Shown here: one piece after another, positions 26,660-33,375 of the stretch
Layout of the letters: every line of letters begins with the position of its first letter
Position numbering within the stretch: position 1 is the first letter of the stretch
Source: Verrucomicrobiota bacterium
GTDB taxonomy: Bacteria; Verrucomicrobiota; Verrucomicrobiia; Limisphaerales; UBA11358
DNA length: 64,000 nucleotides
Assembly (NCBI GenBank): GCA_049509875.1
Contig: JBEKZM010000016.1
Span: 5,357-69,356, forward strand
Direction of reading: 5' to 3'
The notes under the pieces: model-generated
Databases searched by the model: none
What the model was told of the DNA's origin: nothing
What the model saw: the letters and a program-made list of their open reading frames with translations, nothing else
Made by a program: the position numbers and the translations under genes

Positions 26660-26976
26660 ACGGAGGCGCCCGCCGGTTCCAGGCCCGGCCCGCTCAGCCA
26701 CGGCTGTTGCTCCGGCAGATACGTCCACCGTGGCCCGCGGCTCGGCGGTCCCAGCCGCCGCTCGTCGCACTCCCTGGGTCGAAGACACACCATGGCGGAA
26801 GCATCCAACAGATCGTCTCTAAACTCACGCAAAAGTTTTGTGCTGGCAGTGGTCGCGCGGCGCGAAAGTGAGCACATGGCACGCGGCCAGTCTTTCGGCT
26901 GGCAACCATTGCCACCAAAATTGGTCGCGGGCAGGAGGGCATTTAATGTCGTTTGGGGGTGGACTTGCCGATGGCC

Positions 26977-27006
26977 ATTGAAGCGGGCTGAAGCCCGTGC
27001 TCCTGC
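26977..27006. repeat. 30-nt GC-rich hairpin repeat (LKRAEARAP-type), copy 1
   Basis: CATTGAAGCGGGCTGAAGCCCGTGCTCCTG matches the reverse complement of 37349-37378 at 27 of 30 positions. Confidence 0.6.
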
Positions 27007-27022
27007 CACAAGTTAAGACACT

Positions 27023-27122
27023 TTTGGGTATTTTGGGTTCGTTTTTCCGTCCAGGAGCCATCCGGATAGTGCTAACCAATTGTAGTTAAATAATATACGT
27101 TAATTTTCTTTTGGGTTCGTTT
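27023..27122 (+). repeat. three direct copies of a TTTTGGGT(TCGTTT) box in AT-rich DNA downstream of the orphan gene
   Basis: TTTTGGGTA at 27022-27030, TTTTGGGTTCGTTTTT at 27031-27046 and TTTTGGGTTCGTTT at 27109-27122. Confidence 0.5.
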
Positions 27123-27137
27123 CGTAATTTTCATGGT

Positions 27138-28034
27138 TCACGGCTGGCCGGACACCTCCATCGTCAGGGGCGCCGGGATGTTTTCACCCTGACGGCGGCG
27201 CTGTAACCGTTCCAATTCGTTTATGGCCCGGTAAAGCTGCCGTTCCAATGCGGTTTCGTAGCGGAGAATTTTTTCCAGGGTTGCCGCCGATGGCAGCACC
27301 GCGGCGGATTGCCGTCCCTGTTCGAAGGACAGTTCTTGTCCCACGCAATCCCGCTTAAGCCAATCCAGCGCGGCCAATTTTTTGTCAATCGCCGCCAGCA
27401 ATTTTGTTTTCATTTCCGCGCGGTTGACGGCCGGGTCGGCGCCAGCAGGCGGCGGTGTACATTCCAGCCGCAATAATTCCAATTCCACTGCCAACCGGTT
27501 CGGCTTGCCGGAGAAAGGAATTTTGATGGCGGCATCGGTCAGTTCGCCATCGGCCTCCACCTTGGCGCGCACTTCGCGCAGCCAGTTGGCGAGAATGGCA
27601 GTACCCATGGCTGAATTCTCCATGGCCCAGACAGGGTCGCCCGCAGCCTCCCATTGCAACCACATCATGTTCAGATCCGGGCGGTGTCGCTGCCAGTGGC
27701 CTTCGTCCACGCTCAGGGAGATCTCGCCGGCCTCCGCCTCGCGGGCGCGGCGCAGCCGCCAGTTGGCCTGAATGATCTGATCCACGAGCATTTCCTCGAG
27801 CGGACCGACCGGCGCGAGGTCCGCGTAAAACTCGCGGCAAAGCTCCTCAAACTCAACGGAAGATTCCAGGGACTTCTGGCCGCGCACGACCACGGTTTGG
27901 GCGAGCAGCTCATGCTTGAGGGCGTTGCATTTGGAAACCGCCTTGCCCTCGGGGGTTCTGGGGCCAGTAGATTTTTGGGCGTTGCGCCGGTTGGCCTCCA
28001 GTTTTTTGGGCGTCATGGTCATTGGTTTTCTCAT
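27138..28034 (-). CDS. hypothetical protein with a basic N-terminus and helical, coiled-coil-like C-terminus
   Basis: 298-aa ORF with an ATG start. The N-terminal KLEANRRNAQKSTGPRTPEGKAVSKCNALKHELLA and the C-terminal LEKILRYETALERQLYRAINELERLQRRRQGE look like a conserved uncharacterised family, though I have no functional motif for it. Both flanks are AT-rich. Confidence 0.6.
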   Translation of the reverse strand: MRKPMTMTPKKLEANRRNAQKSTGPRTPEGKAVSKCNALKHELLAQTVVVRGQKSLESSVEFEELCREFYADLAPVGPLEEMLVDQIIQANWRLRRAREAEAGEISLSVDEGHWQRHRPDLNMMWLQWEAAGDPVWAMENSAMGTAILANWLREVRAKVEADGELTDAAIKIPFSGKPNRLAVELELLRLECTPPPAGADPAVNRAEMKTKLLAAIDKKLAALDWLKRDCVGQELSFEQGRQSAAVLPSAATLEKILRYETALERQLYRAINELERLQRRRQGENIPAPLTMEVSGQP

Positions 28035-28056
28035 AAGGTTCTGATTAATGTTTTAT

Positions 28057-28113
28057 TTTCACGAACCCATCTTAACCGGAGGGGTTGGACAAATGCTGTC
28101 CAACCCAAAAAAA
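28057..28113 (-). repeat. two inverted copies of the TTTTGGGTT box, bracketing a perfect 10-bp-arm palindrome upstream of the orphan gene
   Basis: Read on the minus strand, 28057-28070 is ATGGGTTCGTGAAA and 28099-28113 is TTTTTTTGGGTTGGA. The palindrome GGGTTGGACA-aatgc-TGTCCAACCC lies at 28082-28106. Confidence 0.5.
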
Positions 28114-28317
28114 TTCCTTTGGGCCTGATTCCGGCTTATAGTTTGATCCCGCCGCGGTGCTGATGTCCTTCGATTTGCCCAATCCGCATTTGGAAGCCTG
28201 CCTCAAAAGGCAAAAGAAGTTTTCGCCAACTTGCAGAGTGGTAAAGAACCTCCGTCTTCATCGTCACGATCTGCACCGACGATTGGATGGATGATTCAAG
28301 GAAGCCCTTTTGCGCTT

Positions 28318-28490
28318 CACTGACCCGCGCTCCGGGCGAAGCGACTCCAAACTCCGCGGGGTCCTGCGTATCCGCGGGCTTTCTGACGGGCGACGTTGCT
28401 GCGGGTCACGGACCCCCGCGCTCCCGAACAACTTCGCCCGGCAGAGAATTGGCGGGTTTTTGCGGGCGGTCTTGAATTGCGGTTGCTGCC
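28318..28490. repeat. rearranged copy of the 15699-15894 inverted-repeat element family
   Basis: 28392-28424 (GACGTTGCTGCGGGTCACGGACCCCCGCGCTCC) matches the right terminal repeat at 15864-15894. 28425-28488 matches the reverse complement of roughly 15715-15780 (shared ACTTCGCCCGG.AGAG..TTGGCGGGTT). Confidence 0.5.
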
Positions 28491-28540
28491 GATCAGGACG
28501 CCGGCTTGAAAGAACCGGCCCGCCGACTTATACTGGCTTT

Positions 28541-28786
28541 ATGCCGCTGTACGAATATGAATTGACCGAGGGTGAATGCAAAATCTGCGGCGGACATTTT
28601 ACTTTGAAGCGTCCCCTGTCCGCTGCGCCGCTGGTAAAATGTCCCGCCTGCAAGAAGCCGGTGCGCAAGATCATCTCCGGTTTCACCACGCCGCACAAGT
28701 TGAAGCCCCTGTCGGTCACCGATGCCAAAAAGGCCGGCTTTCAAGTTTATAAGCGCCTCGGCAAAGGCGAATACGAACGGCAATGA
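28541..28786 (+). CDS. FmdB-family zinc-ribbon protein (CxxC_CxxC_SSSS type)
   Basis: It starts MPLYEYEL..C.ICGGHFTL and has a second CPACKK pair, the hallmark of the FmdB putative regulatory family. The upstream part of the tracked ORF is translated repeat DNA. Confidence 0.8.
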   Translation: MPLYEYELTEGECKICGGHFTLKRPLSAAPLVKCPACKKPVRKIISGFTTPHKLKPLSVTDAKKAGFQVYKRLGKGEYERQ

Positions 28787-28795
28787 GCCGGCCGT

Positions 28796-31237
28796 TCATC
28801 CGAAATCGACCGGATCGATGTCCACTGCCAGCGTGACGTCGTCCGGCAGGGTCAGTTGGGCGGTGATTTGTGCAAGCGCGCGGCTCAAGCGGCTCATCGC
28901 GCGCGTCCGGAGCATGAGGTGGTAACGGTAATAATTTTCCGCCCGCACCAGCGGCGCGGGCGCCGGACCTGCTATCACCAAATCCGGAATGCCCCGCCCC
29001 GGGTCCGTGGCCGTTTCCTCCGCGGCGGGGTTGGACTTGATTCCTGGCACCACCCTGGACTCCACTTCGCGCTTCACGTATTCGGCGGAAAACTTCACCT
29101 TGTCTTCATTGCGTCCTTTGAGGGTGAGCAACGCGGCGCGGCCGGTGGGCGGATATTTCAGCTGTTCGCGAAATTCCATCTCCTGCTCGTAGAAACCCAG
29201 GAAGTCATGCCGCCGCGCGAATTGAATGGCCGGGTGAAAGGGCGTGAACGCCTGCACAAAAACCTCGCCCTCGATGTCGCCGCGGCCGGCGCGGCCGGCC
29301 ACCTGCACGAGCAGTTGGAAGGTGCGTTCGCCTGCGCGAAAATCCGGCAGATGCAGGGCCATGTCCGCAAAGATGATGCCCACCAGTGTCACGTTCGGGA
29401 AATGCAGTCCCTTGGCGATCATTTGCGTGCCCACCAGGATGTCGATCTTGCCCGCCCGGAATTCGCCGAGCACCCGGCGGTAATCGTCCTTGCGCTTCAT
29501 CACGTCGGCGTCCATGCGCCGGACGCGCGCCTGGGGGAAAAGCTTCCCCAGCACATCCTCGACCTTTTGTGTGCCGAGGCCCGAGTAGCGGATGCCGGGA
29601 TTGCGGCATTTTTCATTCGGACAGACCGACGGCACGCGCTCCTGATAGCCGCAAATATGGCAGCGGAGCGCCTGCTCGGGCCGGTGATAGGTCAGCGCCA
29701 GGGAACAATTCGGGCAGCCGCAAACGTGGCCGCATTTTTCGCAAATCAGAGCTGTCGAGTAGCCGCGCCGGTTCAGAAACAGGATCGTCTGCTCCTTGCG
29801 CTCCAGGCGCTGCGTGATGGCTTCCTTCAACTGGGGCGAGAAGATTGGCGGCCCTTTGCCGTCGCGCCCGGCCTGGCGCATGTCCACCACGCGAACGCGC
29901 GGCATTTTCTGGTCGTCCACCCGCTGCGTCAGCTCGAGCAGGGCGAACTTGCCGCGCCGGCAGTTGTAATAGCTTTCGAGGGAGGGTGTGGCGGAGCCGA
30001 GCACCACGACCGCATTTTCCATCTGGCCTCGCATGATCGCCACGTCCCGGGCGTGGTAGCGCGGCGACTCTTCCTGCTTGTAGGTGTGCTCGTGTTCCTC
30101 ATCCACAATGATGAGCCCGAGCGGCTCGACGGGCGCAAAGATCGCCGAGCGCGCGCCGATGACGATGCGGGCCCGCCCCTGCCGGATTTTGTGCCATTCG
30201 TCGTGGCGCTCGCCCCCGCTCAGGTGCGAGTGCAGCACAGCCACCAGCGTTTGCAGCTTCCCGGTGCTGAACCGCGCCTTGAAACGTTCGACCGTCTGCG
30301 GCGTCAGGGATATTTCCGGCACCAGCACAATGGCGCCCAGGCCGCGCTCCAGCGCATGCGCAATCGCCTGCAAATAGACTTCCGTCTTGCCGCTGCCGGT
30401 CACCCCGTGGAGCAGGAATGTCTGCGGGTGGAACCGGCTTCCAGCCGGTTGAATCTGGCCTCCGGCCGGATTCGGTTGGGGCGTGGTCAAGGGTGATGCG
30501 GCCGCGTTTGGGACAGGCGTGGGTCTCTCCCCGGTTTCGGGCGGGACGTCCGAAACGACCGGCGGGACGCCGGTTCCACCCAGTGGGACGCCGGTTCCAC
30601 CCGTTTCATCAATTGCGCCCGTGATCTTTGCCAGCGCGGTGGCCTGCTCGGGATTGAGAGTCAGCGGCTGGGACGGCAGGATCTGTTCGTTGGCGTAAGG
30701 GTCGCGCTCGGAAATCTCCGAGGTGATCTCAACGAGGCCGCGATCTTCCAATCGGCGGACGGTTGCGGTCGTGGTCTCGGCCAGTTCGACGAGTTCCGAG
30801 AGCAGGATCTCCCGACGTTCCTCGATGAGGTTCCAAATCTCGCGCTGCCGCTTGGGCAGGACTGGAAATACGCCGCTGATCGGCAGCGGGCGAACGAACA
30901 GGCGCTCGCGCCAGCCGGCCTCCTCGCTGCGGACGGCTTCCGGCAGCACCGATTTCAACGCGGTTTCCGGCGCGCAGCAATAGTATTCGCCAATCCAGCG
31001 CGCCAGCTTCAACACCTTGGGTGTCACCAGCGTTTGCCCGCCGATGATTTTGAGGATGGGCTTCAGGTTGGCGTGGCCGGACTCCTCGGCCATCGCCGTG
31101 ACCACGCCCAGGATATTGCGGTGGCCAAAGGGCACCTGCACGCGGCTGCCCACGTCCACCTGCCCTGCCAGCGCGGGCGGAATGGCGTAGTCAAATTCGC
31201 GCCGCAACGCGATTTCCAGACTGACGCGGGCGATCAT
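28796..31237 (-). CDS. priA: primosomal replication-restart helicase PriA, carrying a roughly 60-aa insertion before Walker A
   Basis: Walker A GVTGSGKTEVY, DEEH box (IIVDEEHE), and the Cys-rich Zn-binding region CEKCGHVCGCPNCSLALTYH...LRCHICG. The N-terminal 3' DNA-binding domain starts MIARVSLEIALRREFDYAIP. Confidence 0.9.
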   Translation of the reverse strand: MIARVSLEIALRREFDYAIPPALAGQVDVGSRVQVPFGHRNILGVVTAMAEESGHANLKPILKIIGGQTLVTPKVLKLARWIGEYYCCAPETALKSVLPEAVRSEEAGWRERLFVRPLPISGVFPVLPKRQREIWNLIEERREILLSELVELAETTTATVRRLEDRGLVEITSEISERDPYANEQILPSQPLTLNPEQATALAKITGAIDETGGTGVPLGGTGVPPVVSDVPPETGERPTPVPNAAASPLTTPQPNPAGGQIQPAGSRFHPQTFLLHGVTGSGKTEVYLQAIAHALERGLGAIVLVPEISLTPQTVERFKARFSTGKLQTLVAVLHSHLSGGERHDEWHKIRQGRARIVIGARSAIFAPVEPLGLIIVDEEHEHTYKQEESPRYHARDVAIMRGQMENAVVVLGSATPSLESYYNCRRGKFALLELTQRVDDQKMPRVRVVDMRQAGRDGKGPPIFSPQLKEAITQRLERKEQTILFLNRRGYSTALICEKCGHVCGCPNCSLALTYHRPEQALRCHICGYQERVPSVCPNEKCRNPGIRYSGLGTQKVEDVLGKLFPQARVRRMDADVMKRKDDYRRVLGEFRAGKIDILVGTQMIAKGLHFPNVTLVGIIFADMALHLPDFRAGERTFQLLVQVAGRAGRGDIEGEVFVQAFTPFHPAIQFARRHDFLGFYEQEMEFREQLKYPPTGRAALLTLKGRNEDKVKFSAEYVKREVESRVVPGIKSNPAAEETATDPGRGIPDLVIAGPAPAPLVRAENYYRYHLMLRTRAMSRLSRALAQITAQLTLPDDVTLAVDIDPVDFG
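30422..30608. repeat. repeat-derived low-complexity insertion inside priA
   Basis: 30427-30450 (GGTGGAACCGGCTTCCAGCCGGTT) is identical to the first 24 nt of the intergenic palindrome at 56029-56057. An 18-nt unit GGGACGCCGGTTCCACCC is duplicated at 30564-30581 and 30585-30602 with a 21-nt period, which keeps the frame. Confidence 0.6.
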
Positions 31238-31242
31238 GGTTC

Positions 31243-31965
31243 TCAGTCGCGCGACATGCCGCGGAGCGACGACTCCAGCCGCTGGCGCAAGGCTTCGCGT
31301 TCAGCGTCGCTCGCCTCGCGCGGCACGCGGATGGGATTGTCAAAATTCATTTCGCAGCGCGAAAAAGGCAGCGGTATCTGGAGCCGGTCCCAGCTTTTCA
31401 CGCGGATTTTCCAATCCAGATTGTAGGTAAATGGTATGATTGGCAGGCCCGTCAACTGGGCCAGCGACATGACGCCATCCTGGACCACATAACACGGTCC
31501 GCGGGGCCCGTCGGGCGTGATGGCCAGGTCGTAGCCGCGCTCGGCCCAGGTGGTCAGTTCCAACAACGCCTGCGGACCGCGACGGGATGACGACCCGCGC
31601 ACGGGTTGCACGCCGAAGCACTCGAGAATGCCGGCGAGAAAGGCGCCGTCCTTGCTGGCGCTGACCAGGGCGGCCATCCCCGGCGTGTGCGTGCGTTCTT
31701 GGGCAAAGCCGCGGTAGGTCGGCAGGCACAGCACCAGCCGGTTGTGCCACACGCAATAAATCGCCGGTCCGGGCGGCTCGCCGGCGAACAAATCGGAGCG
31801 GTTGACCCACCGGTAGCGCAGCGTCAGCCCCACCGTCCGAATGGTCGCAAATATCAACCAGGCGGCGATCCGCTGATGCCACTTGGCCTGGTGTGGGACC
31901 ACCACGCCGCCGGAGCGGTCGCGTGGCCGGCTGGGCTTGGTCCTCTGGGAAGGGGGGGCGGACAT
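31243..31965 (-). CDS. DUF374-family lysophospholipid acyltransferase-like protein
   Basis: The pattern IYCVWHNRL...ALVSASKDGAFLAGILECFGVQPVRGSSSRRG...ITPDGPRGP is characteristic of DUF374/LPLAT proteins. It lies 5 nt upstream of priA and 1 nt downstream of ruvA. Confidence 0.75.
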   Translation of the reverse strand: MSAPPSQRTKPSRPRDRSGGVVVPHQAKWHQRIAAWLIFATIRTVGLTLRYRWVNRSDLFAGEPPGPAIYCVWHNRLVLCLPTYRGFAQERTHTPGMAALVSASKDGAFLAGILECFGVQPVRGSSSRRGPQALLELTTWAERGYDLAITPDGPRGPCYVVQDGVMSLAQLTGLPIIPFTYNLDWKIRVKSWDRLQIPLPFSRCEMNFDNPIRVPREASDAEREALRQRLESSLRGMSRD

Positions 31966-31966
31966 C

Positions 31967-32569
31967 TCAGCCTTTTTTCAGGCACGCGCGCACGATCTCT
32001 TCGACCGTGGCCGCGGCGCCCAGCATCGCTTGCGCGGCGCGAACGGTATCGTGCGCCTCGATTTGCTTGAAGCCCAGCGCCATGAGCGCCAGCGTGGCAT
32101 CGCTCGTCTTCTGGTCGGCCGGCGAAAGCGCGTGCCGGGCGCTGGCGGCCTCGAGCGCGCCGGCCGCCCCGATTTTGTCTTTCAATTCGACCACGATGCG
32201 CTCCGCGGTTTTCTTGCCCACACCCGAAATTTGGGACAGCGACTTCACATCCCCTTTGGCGACCGCGCCGCGAAAGGCGACGACGTTCATGCCGCTGAGA
32301 ATGTTGAGCGCGGTCTTGGGGCCGATGCCGCTGACGCTGTTGATGAGCAGTCGGAATAAATCGCGTTCGGCCGCCGACATGAAACCGTACAGGATGTGCG
32401 CGTCTTCGCGCACGATGAGCTGTGTGAGCAGCCTCACGGGCTGGCCGGGCGGCGGCAGCTTGTCAAAGGACGACAGGGGAATCAGGACTTCGTAGCCGAC
32501 GCCGTTCACGTCCAGCACCACCTGGGTGGGCAGGGCTTCGACCAGTTGGCCGTTCAGGAACGTGATCAT
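31967..32569 (-). CDS. ruvA: Holliday junction branch migration complex subunit RuvA
   Basis: MITFLNGQLVE...VLDVNGVGYEV, then helix-hairpin-helix motifs (VSGIGPKTALNIL, ISGVGKKTAERIVVELK), then C-terminal domain III. It is 200 aa from the ATG at 32569. The longer tracked ORF is upstream read-through. Confidence 0.9.
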   Translation of the reverse strand: MITFLNGQLVEALPTQVVLDVNGVGYEVLIPLSSFDKLPPPGQPVRLLTQLIVREDAHILYGFMSAAERDLFRLLINSVSGIGPKTALNILSGMNVVAFRGAVAKGDVKSLSQISGVGKKTAERIVVELKDKIGAAGALEAASARHALSPADQKTSDATLALMALGFKQIEAHDTVRAAQAMLGAAATVEEIVRACLKKG

Positions 32570-32682
32570 GGTTTGAGGAAAGGCGTTTCGCATTTGGCCG
32601 CGGACGGTCCGCCAAGCCGCGCCCGAACCGATTCGGGATTGGACTTTGAAAATTGAAGTTGGCGTGATTCCATTGCCCCGGT

Positions 32683-33261
32683 TCAAACTTTCTTCGGCGT
32701 GTTTCGGCTGGAGCGGCCCTGGTCCTGCGCGAAGGCCAGCGCCAGCGCCAGCGCGTCCGCGGCGTCGGGCGCCGGCAGGGCCGCCAGGCCGAGCATGCGT
32801 TGCACCATCTTGGCGACGGCGATTTTTTGGGCCGCACCGTAACCCACGATGGCCTGCTTCACCTTGCGCGTGGCGATTTCGAAGATCTCCACGCCGCTTT
32901 CGGCAACCGCGGCGAGCGCCGCGCCGCGCGCCTCGCCCATGACGATGGCCGTTTTCAAATTCTGCGCAAAGAACAAGCCTTCCACGACGCAAACTTCCGG
33001 GCTGTGTACCAGCATGAGGTCCCGAATGGTCCGGGCGATTTGGGCCAGACAACGCGACCGGTTCCAATCGCGCGGACAGGCCACGGTGCCGTGGGCCAGG
33101 GCCACTGCGTGCAAACGGCTCGAGCGGATGACGCCGAAGCCGGTCCCGCGCAACGAGGGATCGATGCCGAGGATGGTACGCTCGACCAGCTTTGAGCGGA
33201 CCGCGGCCAGGGGCACCACCGTGGCCGCCCGCGCCGGCTTGCCAGCCAGACGCGCCGTCAT
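32683..33261 (-). CDS. ruvC: crossover junction endodeoxyribonuclease RuvC
   Basis: ILGIDPSLRGTGFGVI (first catalytic Asp), VVEGLFF (Glu) and PDAADALALALA (C-terminal Asp). The nearest in-frame ATG (33261) adds about 26 aa before the canonical ILGIDP start, so the true start is uncertain. Confidence 0.85.
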   Translation of the reverse strand: MTARLAGKPARAATVVPLAAVRSKLVERTILGIDPSLRGTGFGVIRSSRLHAVALAHGTVACPRDWNRSRCLAQIARTIRDLMLVHSPEVCVVEGLFFAQNLKTAIVMGEARGAALAAVAESGVEIFEIATRKVKQAIVGYGAAQKIAVAKMVQRMLGLAALPAPDAADALALALAFAQDQGRSSRNTPKKV

Positions 33262-33375
33262 TTGCTCAAATTGTTGCCGGGAAATTCCCACGCGAAAAGC
33301 TTGCCAGCGTCCGCCGGCCTGCAAAAGCAAAAACGCCGCGACGTTGCCGCCGCGGCGCTGCCTGGGCAAATTAGC

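Noticed and set aside
28856-30496. 546-aa plus-strand ORF opposite priA. The same class includes 35561..36760, 46066..47178, 48048..49226, 50571..51983, 53762..54907, 57017..58144, 58269..59762, 61309..62994, 8399..9286 and 11300..12526.
   Set aside because: All of these lie antisense to genes with strong family signatures and have no motifs of their own. I treat them as shadow ORFs.
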